Assembly: GCA_012295275.1 (NCBI GenBank)
Contig: CM022665.1
Coordinates: 25,420,001 to 25,484,000, forward strand
DNA: 64,000 nt
Source of the DNA: Chrysomallon squamiferum
Taxonomy: Eukaryota > Animalia > Mollusca
Reading direction: 5' to 3'
Below the pieces are notes generated by a model, which saw only the letters and a program-made list of their open reading frames with translations, had not been told where the DNA came from and did no database searches. This document shows, in pieces, positions 12,520 through 26,799 of this stretch. The position numbers were made by a program, and so were the translations under genes. Position 1 is the stretch's first letter. Every line of letters starts with the position of its first letter.

Positions 12520-15500
12520 ATGGCTACATCATATCTCAGAAGAAACATATGTCAAAGAAAACAGAGTTTGTTGAATCTACTGAATGATAGAATATTAAGT
12601 TGTGAGGCCCAAGTTGGAAAAGAGTTTGTCCAGCAGCGTATTTCGTCGACCAAAACACTCTTTTCACGTGATCTGAAATCTCACTTTGGATGCATTAATG
12701 CAATAGAATTTTCTAATAATGGAGAGGAACTTATTATTTCAGGTATACATAATGATAATGAAAAACAGTTTTAATTACGACGCCGATAGAAGCGATATTT
12801 CATTATCTGGCCAAATTGTCAAATATTTTATCAGTTTATGTTTAACATGCTGCAAATTCGTTTACTTATTTATACCATCTGTTAAGTAACTTGTTTTATT
12901 AAGCGAGTTAACAAATACCAAAACAGTCATAATAGCAGACCTTTTACGTATATTTAGCCAAAACTAAAAGGTGTTCACATTAATGAACGTGTACGGTCAC
13001 ATCAGTCATCATAAGGCACACATGGACAGACCACACAGAGATAAAGTTGAAAAGTTGACTCAGATAGTACAGGGTTCGGAATGGTCTGCGTTTTATCAAA
13101 TATTTTTTATTGAAATGCATTTATCAATATTTTAATTTGATTTTGTTATTAAATTTGCACCAATTCAAAATAAGCAATTATTAATGTTGTATCTCCATAT
13201 TGGCTCTTAACACATAACAAATGGATGAGGTGTGAAACAATAAAGTGTGTTAATCTTCTAATACTTACACATTCTGGATCACTAAGGCCCCTTGAACATA
13301 CACCCTAAACAAATATGTGAATGTCTGAGTACGGATGTTTTCTTATGGAAAAAAGTGCATGAAATATTATTTTGTTAATAATTATATTTAGGCAGTTACA
13401 TATTTTTTTCATCATCATTTAAAATGTCAAAAAGATATATATTTTCATTTAATTTGTATTTAATTCAGAAATATTTCTTCATTATGTTTAGTTTTAAAAT
13501 AATATGTATTTTTTCTTCTTTTTATATATAAATTTAGATTATGTCACTGATTTATTTTGATTAGGAGGTGATGATCGCCGTGTCTTACTGTGGAATGTTT
13601 GCAAAGCTATGCATGATATTGGTAAACCTACTGCCATGAAGGGTGATCACAACAGTAACATTTTCTGTCTAGCTTTTGACAACTGCAACAAGAAAATTTT
13701 CTCTGGAGGTGTGTACTTTTACTGTTGGTCTGCACTTTTAATATTTCTGTAATTTTAGGTTCCATGCATAATATTCAGTTAAAAAAAAACAGAAAAAAAA
13801 ACAACTAATTCATGTAATAAACATTGTATATAATGGCCAAGAGAGATCTATTAACTAAAGGCCTACACTCTGTTTTGATTCTTGCACTATTAATTTTTAT
13901 CTTATTCACTTGTTTATTATTCACATTTATACTTTTGCAAATCTTTAATTTACCTCTATTTTTTTTTTTTTTTAAATAGACATACTGAATATTAATACAT
14001 AAGCACAGACACACACATACACTATAAATTGAAAACCCAGTAAGTAATTGTTGCTTTTAATAATTTTATTTGTGAAGAATAGGAACATTGTTCTTTCAGG
14101 AAATGATGAACAAGTTATTGTGCATGATGTTCAGACGTGAGTAATTTGTAAAACATTCTTTTACCTTTTAACTACAAACTGCAAATATGTTTATCTATAT
14201 TTATCTATCTATCCATCTGTCCACATGTATAGATAGATAAAATCAAAGCAGATGCATACACACAGACACACATAAAGTAAAAAGAACAGTAGACATAATA
14301 ATAAAGATAAAATATATTACATTGGTCAGCTTAATGGGAAAGCATATGCATTTCACATTTGAGTTATTTAATTCATTTGTTTATTGTGAATGACTAATAA
14401 TAAAATAATGCTATTTAATATTATCATAATTTATAAAAATACCTGTGTAAATTATAAATGATGTATAAACATTGCATATGAAAATATTTACTTTAATGGC
14501 TGATTTTCTTACACAGTGGTGCCACCTTGGATGTTTTCCGTCATGAAGATGCTGTGTATGGTTTGTCAGCAGACCCAAACAATGACAGTGTGTTTGCCAG
14601 TGCTTGTGATGATGGACGCATTTTGATTTTTGACATTCGAGAACCACCAAGCAGTGGTGAGATTTCTTACATTCAGTTGTAATAATACTTAATTATACCA
14701 TCTTGAACAAAATTCTGTTTAAATTTGATTAAATTGTGAATGCTGAAGACCATTGTTCAAATCAAATTTATAAATATGGAGTTGTCCTTCAGTGAAGAAT
14801 TGACGTAGGAGGAATTATAAAGAAAAGTATTTTCTTGTTAAATATCAGGTCATGTTGTTTTTATTTTTAAATGGCAAATTTGAACAAAAACCAGGCATGA
14901 AAAAGATTTACTTGTAGTTTTGGTATTTCAAATTTTTACTACAAGTTTAAATCTAAGCAAGGTTATCTGGAATTAAGATATCGATTTTTGTTCCTGAATT
15001 CAGTATTTATTTATATTTTTAATGGATAGATAGTCACACTTATGGTAAACAAATGAAGCTTTAAAAAAAAAAAAAAAAAACTGTAGGAATTGCAATTATA
15101 AATTACAGTGCTATATTTATTCCTTAGATCCGTTCTGTCTGGCAAATTATACTACTTCCATGCATGCTGTGATGTATAATCCTATGGAACCAAGGCTCCT
15201 GGCAGTTGCTAATGCCTGGGAGGGAGTTGGATTGTGGGATATACGAAAACCAAAAACGTATGTTTCAAATTGCATTTCACATTCTTTTTTGGGGGTGTTT
15301 TTTTATAAATTTTCTTATAACATCTTACATTTATATTAATAGATATGAGATATAAAATGAATAAAATACTAAAACTACGATTTTATCTTTTAAACTTTAG
15401 TCTCTTAAATGAAAATTCAAAGAAATGAAAAAAAAAATCTTCTGATTATGTTTCAGTATGTATAATTGTCGATGATGTGCTGACTCTCAACTATCAAATA

Positions 15501-18500
15501 ATTCTTTCAACTCTAGATAAAGCATATTGTTACCACTCCTCTTAAAAATGTTCACTTTAAATAAACTTTCATTTTTCACAATATGAAAAAGAGATAAAGT
15601 ATACATTAAATATTAAATAAATCACATGAACTATATACATTTACATTCCAACTTTTGTTTCAGATGTGTGTTAAAATATGGTGGCAGATACACAAAAGAC
15701 AGCTGTATGAGTGTTCGCATTAATAAACGTGGAAATCACATCATTGCACTGCGTCGACGCCAGCCACCAGTTCTCTACAACATTCACAGCACTAAAGTGG
15801 CTTGTGAATTTGACCACAGTGGCTATTACAATTCTTGTACCATGAAGAGTTGCTCATTTGCTGGGGACAATGATCAGGTGAATAACAGATAACTCCTTTT
15901 TACAATTCCCATATCCCAATTTAAACTGTCTTATCTAACATGTGGCTTATACATTAACATTGATAACAAAATTAAAACTGTTTGATATTTATCAGTAGAT
16001 ACCTAATAGAGGTTTATACATTTTATCCCCTAGTAATCAAAAGATAAGCCACAAGGGTATTTACATATCATATACAAAATGTGAGAACATTGTGATCTAA
16101 AATATAAACATTGATATTAAAAACTGTACCAAAAGAGAAAAAATTGTTTAGAGTTACGTTTGTTTTTCTTTCAGTACATTTTGTCTGGATCAGATGATTT
16201 TAATCTCTACATGTGGAAAATTCCAGATGATTTAGAGAATAGTGAGTTTTTAATTAACAGACTATATTTTAAAAAACATTCCTTAAATATTGTGTTTGGA
16301 GTGCATTTCTAAACTGGGATTTTTAATACAAAAATAAATCTATATAGCCATCTATTTATCAGTAATTAATAACATAAAAAAAATATAAAAATTTTTTCAT
16401 TAAGATTAATTCTGAGAATAATTATTTAAAAAAAAAAGAATTATATAACATTACTATATATAATAAAACAGAACATTTTTGTCCGAACATTTATGGCCGA
16501 ACTTAACAAAATATTGAGATGAAAAAGCTTTTTTCTATTTTATTAGGATACTTATTATTATTATTATTAAATTAATAGCAAGACATGTAGATGAGGCTCA
16601 TGCAGTTTTAAAGGGTCACAGATCAATAGTGAATCAGGTGCGCTACAGTAATTCTGACAGTCTCATTATTTCATCAGGTGTGGAAAAAGTAATCAAGGTA
16701 ATTTCTCTTCATACACAGGCAAAAGAACATGAACTTTTTAAATGACAAAATTGTTTGTGTTTTTTTTTGTGTTTTTTTTATTTTTTATTATTATTTATTT
16801 AAATTTATTGTGTGTTTTTTTAAATCATCCATTAAAATGGAAATAATGCTATTTTAAGTTCATTTCTGTGAAAGAAACAAAATTTTCAAATATATCTCAA
16901 GCACATGAGAAGGGTCAAAATCCTCTTTTCCTCTTGTTTCATATTTGAGTAAAATGTGTAGACCTATGTATAACATTAATTACAAAATGCTGAATCCAAT
17001 TCAGTTGTTAATATAAACATTTCTTTTCATATTGCCAAGTTCTAGGAAAATGATGAAATTCATTTTAATTGTTAACAAAATCAATGATTATTTTTTTTAT
17101 CCTAATAAAAAAAATCAAAAAGTTTAAATTGTGTATCTTTAATAATTTACTTTTCAGCTATGGAGTCCATTCATTCTGCCTGCAAGCACTGCAGGCACAC
17201 ATAGTGAGAGACCTGTCTATACACCAGAGGAATATATTAACTTGGTGTTAAGAAGTGGTCACATCATGTCACATGACTATACTCAGAAATCTACTGAAGA
17301 GGATCCAAGGATGATGGCTTTCTTTGACAGCCTGGTCCAAGGTGAGGTGGAATATGGAAGCACAGAAGAAGATCTTTCCAGTGATGAAGAAGAGATGTTT
17401 GAGCTGATGATGCAGGCAAGATATGCCAATCGTCGACAACCTGAAAATGCTGAAGTGATTTCTAATGAAAGTGTTCTTGCTGAAAATGGTCACAGTTACA
17501 GTGTTCTTAACAATGGAAGTGTCCCACCTGACCCAGAAAGTAATGCAAACCATGTAAATCAACAAGACGATGACAGTGTACAGAGTCCTTCATCTTCTGA
17601 AGATGAAACAGAAACTGAGTTCAGCACTTTCACTCTTGCTTTTGCTAGTGTTATGGCTGCCCAGACTATTGGAGGTGTTTCTAACAGTCACGACAGAGTT
17701 TTGGACAGTCACACAGAAACAGTACTTGGAAATGAGTCTTCTCCACAACCTGGCGTGCTGGATGGACAGTTGGCCGATACTCAGAGAAAAAGTATTGCAG
17801 AAATTATTGCACAGAACAGACAGGAAATTCAGAGAGCAAAAGAAATTAAGAACAGATTGTTACAAAATAAGAGAAAAAATCCTTCAAAGACAAGACAGTT
17901 ACTGGTAACATCTTCAAGTTCTGACTCTGATTCAGAGCAAGAAAGTCCTGATTTGAAATCATCCCAGCCCATGCCATCCAGCAAACAGGACAGTATAAAA
18001 GAAACAATGAACAGTGCAGTAAAGTGTCACTTGAAGAGACTCAGAGATCTTAGGAACAAAGCATTAGCACCTGAATGTGCTACAAGTGATCTTGACCCAA
18101 GTCCCAGTAAAAAAGAAAAAGTTGAAGAAGGTGGTTTGCCATTGGTAATTCCAAGTTGTTCTAACATGTCTAAAGAAGTCAGTGGATCAGGTGTTGGACA
18201 ATACATATATGAATTGGATTTGAATCATAACACTGCATGTAGCCAGAACAGTTCAGAGAACAGCACAGTTATCCAAACATCCAACAATTTGAACAGTTGT
18301 GATTCAAATTCTTCTGTTACAAACAATGGCTATTCTTTGGCAAACACTGTGTTTAATGAAACACAGACTAACTCTGCATGTGGCAATGATTTGTTGACTT
18401 CTTGTGGCACAGATCCTTCTACAAGTAATGGTGATAGCCCAAAAAACAGTGAATCACCCAGCAAAAATAACAAAACTAAGGGTAGTAACAATGAAAACAA

Positions 18501-18600
18501 ACAACCAGTTTGGTCAGAGTTCAAACGTTTTAAGAACAAGGTAGAAAGAGCAAGACGTTACTATCGCAAACACACTTCAAGTGATGATGACACACAGTAA
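12520..18600 (+). CDS. DCAF5: DDB1- and CUL4-associated factor 5 (WDR22), WD40 protein with long disordered C-terminus, 838 aa
   Basis: Exons 12520-12742, 13565-13708, 14100-14136, 14517-14656, 15128-15257, 15664-15877, 16175-16241, 16579-16697 and 17158-18600 sum to 2517 nt in frame. Diagnostic motifs: HFGCINAIEFSNNGE, SGGDDRRVLLWN, HNSNIFCLAF, GYYNSCTMKSCSFAGDNDQYILSGSDDFNLYMW, LKGHRSIVNQVRY, SHDY...EEDPRMMAFFDSLVQ. Confidence 0.96.
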
Positions 18601-19944
18601 TGGCTTTATACAGTGCGAACTGTTACGATCATTGGCTTGAAAATATTTATCTTTTGAGACTGTAATTTTTTATAAAAGACAATCTGGAAAAATTACCTGA
18701 CAGCATTTCAGAGAAATTTTAATTTAGTGATTTGATAAAAATGTATTTAGAAATATTGTTGAAAGACAAATCTAACAACTATACTCCTTACAATACATTT
18801 TCTCCAATTTGATATTTTTCAACAATATGTTTTGTATTAAGAAATAGTTACTATTATTTGCTTTTTGCTTTTAGAAATAAAATATAATTCAAATAATGAA
18901 GAAAACTCCACCATGATTTATGATATTCATGAAATCAGGTTCTGGCAACAATATATGTGCTCTTGATTATTTATATAATATTTTTTACAAATGTTTCTGA
19001 ATAGTGATGATGAACAAATGTATTATAATGTTTACTTTTGATTATTTTTTATTCTAATAAAAAATATTACATGTTGATGAAATAATGTATTAAACAAAAC
19101 AACAAAGGAGAACCCATTTCGTGGTAAAATCATGAAAAAACCCCATAATGAACAATAATTACTGATTTTTTCAAAAACAATTTTCATGATTTCTGAAAGC
19201 ATTGAAGTATGACACTAGCAGGATGGAAATTATTGAAAGAGATGAAGTGAAGAGCAAAATGACCGATGGAAGTCATTAAAAACCTAATGTGTATCACATA
19301 GTTATAGCAATAAAATATAAAAATTTATGGGTTGTTGTTATTTTTGTGTCTTCAGTTGAGATTTAAGTGTTAAGATTAAAAAAAATGTGTATTTTTTTCT
19401 TTATTTATGTTAAAACTTTTAGTGAGCAAGACAATCTCTTGCATTTATTAGTCTGTTGCTAAATAGTAGGTCTTCTGACTTCATGTGTATTCCTATCTTC
19501 AACAAGATTATTGGAATGATTTTGAAAAAAATACAATGATCTTGAACGCTCTTCCCAATCTGTCCATTTCTTTGCAGAAAATACTGTGACATTTTAAACA
19601 GCTTGAAAACCCCCCCACTGTAAATGATATTTAGAATGTTCAATTCATAAATTAAGATTTATTTGAATTAAACACAAAATCATGTAAATCATAAAACATT
19701 TAATCATATTGTTATTAAAGTCTCAGAAAAAGAAAAAAAAAGGACGATATAAATCCTTATTTCTTTCTTTCTGGAAAATATATTTCAACAAACAATATGA
19801 ATACCAAAATGTTTTTCTCACAAGAAAATGTTTATTCACATTCCCTTTTTTTTTTGAAGACAAACATGTTCTAAAGTCAACTGGGGATGGAAAAAAATAA
19901 AAGAAATTCCATTTAAAAATCTGTAAAAAGAAAAATAATTTTTG

Positions 19945-22900
19945 CTACAATTTAACAGTAAAAGAATCATTAACAGTTATGTAACGCACCCATCTGCATG
20001 GTACATATGATCGTTCTCTATCATAGCATTTTAGAAATCGAATTTGTAATCCAGTGCACAGGTATGAGGATATTTCAAAGTCTACTGTGATGGGACCAAG
20101 TTCTTTCTTATTTATTATATCCCCAGACTGTGAAATCAGCTGTGAAAACAATAAAAGTGTATTAATTAAAATGAATAATATATTATTTATATCTTAAAGA
20201 TTTGTTATTAGTTGAATTTCAAGAAGCAAATAACAGATATGGATATATATCATTGCCACTGAAAACCTTTTAAAATATAACTTTAAAAAAAAAAAAATTA
20301 AAAAAAAATCATATATATCTGAAACTCACTAAAATTAATCCTCCAGTACAGATTAAAATGCTTGTTAATGTTAGCAACATTTTTTTATTTATAATTTCAT
20401 AAAAAAAACACATTTAAATTTAATCAAATAGAAATAACACTAACTCTAAATTGAGCTTCTGCTTCTGTTCCCCCTTGTAACTTGTTGATTTTCCACATGA
20501 TGAATTTATCTTCTTTATTTAGTTCTGCACGTTGTTCTGGACTGCTCAAATGCCGAGAAATACTGTTATATAAAAAAAAAAAAAAAAAAAATAACAACAA
20601 CAATAACCAATTTAAAACATACTTTTAAGTATATACTTGAAGTAAAGTTTTGCAGTTTGAATTCTGGGGACAGAAATATTTCTTACTATTAAATAACAAA
20701 GATTTTGTGGAAAATATGAATCAGGTTATTATTCTAATTATAAAAAGGATAAAATTCACAAAGGTTGTTGAAAACTATGCAGACTAATTATAGAACAGGA
20801 CCAACATTAGACACAAAATTCCAAAAATCACAGGTTTTATTTTAAATACACTAATGTTTATTGAAATGTGCTTTACAAGTTAAGCTGTCACTTTTACAAG
20901 AAAGAAATTAACCTGGTGACCGATTCTGGAACTTTTAATTTTGTTGTAATGAAGATCATATGACTCTTTAAAGGAATATCACAGTGCACTTTCAAAGTCA
21001 GATCTACATCTCTGAAATTCACAAAGTTCAGTTATTAATACATTAAAATATTTTCATGTCTGCTAGATACCTAGAAACATTATTAAAAATTATAAATAAT
21101 AATAGTATATAAAAAGAGAAGGATTTATTCATTTGGAAAATTGTAAAATGTTTAAGGAAAATACCAAGAAACAGATACCTGCTATCTTTAATATCTGACA
21201 CCATTGCTGTAATCCTAAAAGGCAAATTTACAGGAATGTCTCCTGAGGTACCATATGTCATTAGAGAAAACTGTGGAATAAACAAATCATAATTAATCCT
21301 GATTCATTTCCTATTTTTACATAATGCTGTATGGCAAATAATGAAATTGAGAAGAAAAGTTATGAAAATAAATTTAGCCTGAATGGCATAATGGATACTG
21401 AGGAGGCAGTTCTAAATTGTGTAAGATATAGAACATACATTTATGTTTGTAATGAAATCTCAGTATTATATTTACATATATTGGTGTTCATTAAATAATC
21501 AAGAAGTTCTGGATATTATTAAAAGCAGAAATCTATATTTTCGAAGAATATAGTAAGCAAATATATGTAAATCAATATAGATTATGCTCAATCTTATCAT
21601 TTTTTTAAGACTGTTTATTCTCTAATGTAAACTTGATTATAATAGATATTTTCTACATGCCTCTCCAGTTGGAGGATGGACTTTTAGAATTTTTTTACTT
21701 TCAAACTCATCAAGTTTCACACATTGGTGAAAACTGCAACGATCAAGCTGAACATTGTGACCAAAACCTGAAAAGTTCAAATCAAACAATTTATGAAATG
21801 AATCACTTTGATGATAAAATATATAATGATAATTCTAACATATTAAATACACAGTAAGAATAAGATGATGTTCATAACTCTTTGTCACTCTTTTCCAGAG
21901 TAAATTATATCATGAGAGAGAGAGAAAAAATGAGATCGTTTTAATCTTTTGTGTAAATATTAAAATTGTTAAAAATTAAAACATATAAAGGTTACCCCTG
22001 AGTTTTCCATCATTCACAACCAGATCTTCATTCAGAGCTATATTAATCTGTGGACTCCCAGTCAGAAAGTTTTTCATATTCACTGAACCAACTATTTCAA
22101 GATGACTTGTTGTTCCCTTTATATAATAATAATAATAAAAAAACAAAACAATGAATAAATAAATAAAATTAATAATGATAATAATAAATAAAAATGTAAT
22201 AATAATAATCAGTAAATTATAATTATTATATTTAATAAAAGTTATAAACATAACCTAGTGACTGGATTACTTAATCTAAACATTAAAAAGATTAATAATA
22301 AAAATAAAAAAAGCAAACTGTAAAAATTATCAGTATAGTCAAACTTTGGTAAGTAAAGACTGCAAAAACTGCTCGTGTTTTAAAGTGTTTGAATATTCAA
22401 ATTTAAAATATTTACTGCGGTTCCAACAGACAAGTAATGCATGTTTCATACTGCAAGAAACACAGTTTTGTGTTTTTGGTAAACTAAGTAAATAACTGAC
22501 AAAAATAAATAAAAGACAACTGTAAATGAATCTGACACACATATACACGTATGTACAGGAAAATGTTTTTACTGATACATAAAATAGCAGAAACAGAAGA
22601 TACATACATGTACATATATTACTGAAAATATAAAATGAAACTTGTAACTGGAAATAAATACTAAGTTCATGAATTTTCATATACAAAACAGAGGAACATA
22701 ATCAATCTGTATTGCAGTGTTAACAGCATTAGATGTACAGTACAAATATGTAAAATCACATACATTACACAAAAAAAGCACTATATCTTAGTAATTACTA
22801 CAAATATACTTATAAATGTAATTTCTACCAGAAATATGACAATTAACAATACAAATCATCAGCCAGCCAGACAAAGCCTTAAATTTTACCTTGAAGGTTC

Positions 22901-25900
22901 TGGTGAATTCATCAGCTTTTTAAAGTAATACTGACCCAGATACTGGTATATTTTTATCCCTAGCATTTTTTAACTTATTCCGAGTTGCATTTTTTATTTT
23001 TTTAAATGTTCCTGTTCTCATATTTTTACATTTAGGACTAAAATTTAAATAACCTTCTTGAAATGATCCATTGTTTTTAATCCATGGTTGATAAAATACT
23101 CAAGGGGAAATTGTTTTTCACAGCAGCTTTTATTTTTTATTTTTTTTAAATTTTACACATGCCTCCACCTCCATTAACACTTTGTATTTTGACTCAATAT
23201 TCTTCATTGCCAACTTTCATTTTATAATCTACAATCTGATTATATCCCCACTGCCAAGTCCTTCACCAGACTGCTTGGATAATGCAAATACAGAACTTTT
23301 ATTATTAGCTGATCTGGCTATCTGCACCCCACCAACCAATTACCTGGTCTTTCACCAGACTGCTCGTTGTTTCATAAATCATTTTCTGATGTAACTTAAT
23401 GACTGGTAATTTGTAAACATTAAATGTCATTTAAATAGCAGATAGGTGGTTTGACACGATACGCACATTTGCAATCAAAACTTCACTCAGAGAACTTTAT
23501 CACTTAACTTCAAAAGTTCTTTGAGAAGTCCGTCTGCAATTATATATTAAGTAAAGAAGCCAAACACTGTAAAAACACAGACAATTGAAGTGGCATATTT
23601 TGTTCCACTTAATCAACAACCCAGTGTTGTGTATTTACCAGTGGAAACAATAGATGGGCCATTCCAGCACTTGGGAGTTTTTGAAAGCTAATTTCTATTA
23701 AATCAGTAATCAGGGACCATAAATGAGGATTCTCAACATATCGATGTTTGATTATTCAAAGGTCATTATTACTAATTATTACTAACTTAAAAAGGAGCTA
23801 AACTGGGACCAGACTTTCAGCTCGACAGATCTATGTTCTAGAGAAACCAATGCTCGAGCTATCCAAATATGACTATATATAATCATATGGCAAAAATTAC
23901 TGAACAGAATTTTGAAACAACACATGAGAAATATATGTATACATTTTTTTAATCTTTAGGTTTGTTTTTAAATGTGAATTTTCTTTACAATATTAAAAGA
24001 CTAAAGAATATTGTAAATTTCTTATCCTATGTAATTTTTACAATTGAAAAACTCATAACTATAATATCAGAGATAAAATGTATTCTCCCATAGACCAAAA
24101 AACTGTTTTACAATTACCAGTTTGTTTACAATTAAAGGTTACTGAAAACAGATAGCAACACCACGATCATTTTAAAATATTTATATATTCTGCTTTGATA
24201 TATGTTTTTATTTAAAACTTACATTGGGTTCAACAATTGCTGTGACCTTCTCTATAATATCAATAAATATTTCATTCCGTTTGCTTTCCTGGAAAATATG
24301 TTGATATGAAAAACAGAAACAAATAAATAAAATATATATATATATATATTTTAGGATAAAAATCTAGAACAATAACAACATAATAAAAACAACCAAACCT
24401 TACATAATTACCAGATTTGATCTACAAATACTACCCAAATGTATTTAACAGTTATTACATCTGACTATTAATAATTAAAAAATATAGAATAAATTATTAA
24501 ACTTTTTTTTAAATAAAGTATATAAGAGAACTAAATAAAAAAAAACACAACTCACATGATCTATACCTGATCGTACCACTGGTTTGTTAGAAGCTGAACT
24601 AGGAATGTTCTTATTCTCAATACCAAACTGGAAAACAAGGATACACATAAATCTGTTTAAAAAGACAAAGCTAAATGTACGTCAAGCAGAACACATTACT
24701 AAAAACTTAATGGATTTGCATTTTTAATTAATATTTAGAAAATCTGGATAAAATATTATAATATATAAATCAAATACAACCGTTAAAAATTTATTACTAA
24801 TTAAATTCAGATCACAGGGAATAATTTTGATTGTAAATTTATATAGTAAGACAAAAATGTGAACATGGTGATCTTAAAGAAAATGTTAGGATGAATTTGA
24901 TGATACAGGTTTTATAATATCACAATGCTGAGGGATACTGTGAAAATATATGTTGCTATACTGACCAATCTGGCAGCAACATCCTCCTGTCGGGATTTTG
25001 TAGCATCAGAAATTACTGGTTCACTTGTAATGTAAGGTTTTATTTTTTCTGTGATGGCCAACTGCACATAACCAGCATCCTGTTATAGAAAACATTTTTA
25101 AAAATTAAAATCTAAAAAAACACTTACCTCAATGCATGTACATATGTTTAAAAACTGACATTATTAATCAGATGTAAAAGATATACGTTTTTAGTCTATT
25201 AAACAGGTTGTTTTTTTAGATTAAATATAAATGTTTAGTGTAGTTATTTTATTTAATAAATGGTTACAGAACCCACCAGTGTTTCATTTAGAATCTCAAA
25301 CAGGAGGAGAATGTTAAGTCGGACAGATTCTTCATTTACAAAACCACAGAAGTCTTTAAAGATGTAAAACAACCTTAAATTAAAAATGAATATTTTATCA
25401 AAAGTAATAATAACCCTGAGAATAATAAATAGTTTACAAAATGGATGACTTAAAATTAACTGCAACAATATTTCAATCAATTTTTGCAAATTATGTTCAA
25501 CAATAAGATGTATCATTTAATTGATCAAACATTCCAACCAATTGTTCACAATACTTTTTAATTTAAAATATAAACACTATTAAAAATAATTTGTAAACTC
25601 AATATAAATTAACAAATAAATCTAATAATTATTATTAATCTCACAAAAAAAAAAAAAAAAAAAAAAAAACATTAAAAATTAAAAAATCCAAGACATTTTC
25701 TTATGGAAAATAATATGAGATATTATCTTTAAAAAAACTAATATTTACCTACTTAACAACTCAACAACACTGACTGGTGACATTTCATAAGCTGATGTAG
25801 CCACAAAAAACAAACTATTACGTTTAATGCAGAAAAAATATACATTGTCCACTTTCTGAAAAACAAGAACATTTATTCAAATATGTAAATAAATAAACTC

Positions 25901-26799
25901 TTTTTATTGTTCTGTCATTCTTTAATAATTAAGATAACAGAATTATTTATAAAGCATTCATATCATAAAAACACAACTAATTTTTGTTTGTTTTTGTTTT
26001 TAAAGATTAATTTTAAGAATGTGGAAGGAAATATTTAAATAAATAGCATTTAATTTTAACTATTTTAAGGTTTTTTCATTTAAAACTATTTTTCAGATGA
26101 TAACAGTTTAATGATTTCTATAAATCTGCTGTTACTCCAAGAATTAAACTTAACTTACAAAATGTGGTGGTAGATGGTCATCTCCTTTTTCCTGTAACTT
26201 TTCCTTGAATACTTGTGCTGTTTTAGCATTAATCAGGTCATTACGGTCTTATAATGATTTAAGGAAATGTTTTCCAGAGTAATACTATAATTTTTTTAAT
26301 TATAATTTACATTTTTTTTTTTAAATATACCCAGCTTCATCACATTGTTTTGTGAAAAATTTAACCATATCTGATACAAACGGGTATTTTCAGATACTGT
26401 ATAACCCTAAAATTACCATTGAAACTATGGTATAAACTCATGAAGTGTAGCTAAGAATGCTAAGTATCAAACATATTTTGATTACGTAGCCTATAGCAAC
26501 TTTAGTTAACTGTTATAGTTAACATTTTAATAAAATACTGTAAATTTATAACTCATATTCGTAGCTGGAGATGTTTTTAAACATGATTTATATTTAAAGC
26601 ATTTCCAATCCACAAAATTGGGGCAAATGCTAAATATATTATAGGAAAATATTCCTGAATGCTTATTACTACACATATGTACTTACTATTTGATAACACA
26701 ATCTGATAAATATATCATATTTAAAGCATTTTAAAGGATACATGTTTTCTTTAGGAGTGGCTGCAAATGGGAAGACAGTACCATTATTTCTGAAATCAT
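19945..26799 (-). CDS. AP4M1: AP-4 complex subunit mu-1, 444 aa
   Basis: Exons 26799-26742, 26247-26159, 25855-25749, 25373-25277, 25079-24966, 24627-24556, 24288-24223, 22116-21996, 21767-21661, 21270-21179, 21011-20913, 20562-20445 and 20139-19945 sum to 1335 nt in frame. Motifs: MISEIMVLSS...PLLKKTYRND, KDFCGFVNEESVRLN, KRNEIFIDIIEK, IALNEDL, SFHQCV, CTGLQIRFLK...RWVRYIT. Confidence 0.93.
21271..21660 (-). other. GC-AG intron of AP4M1
   Basis: The exon ends ...CCAACTGGAGAG followed by GCATGT, and only this GC donor joins HPPTGE to FSLMTY in phase 0. Confidence 0.85.
23700..23878. mobile_element. Degraded Tigger/mariner-like MITE end in an AP4M1 intron
   Basis: GGGACCA...CTCGACAGATC...CTCGAGCTATCCAAATATGACTATA resembles the TCGA-rich terminal region of CAGTC-ended MITEs. 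No clean partner terminus was found. Confidence 0.3.
26248..26741 (-). other. U12-type (minor spliceosome) GT-AG intron of AP4M1
   Basis: Donor GTATCCTTT at 26741-26733 and branch-like TTCCTTAAA at 26266-26258, about 12 nt before an AAG acceptor, with no polypyrimidine tract. Confidence 0.88.

Noticed and set aside
23255-23370. Direct repeat TTCACCAGACTGCT twice in an AP4M1 intron
   Set aside because: Only two short copies with no array or coding signal.
24628-24650. Second GTATCCTT (U12 donor-like) on the minus strand of AP4M1
   Set aside because: It lies within the pyrimidine tract of a normal 3' splice site, 17 nt before the exon. The intron's real donor is GTCAG.
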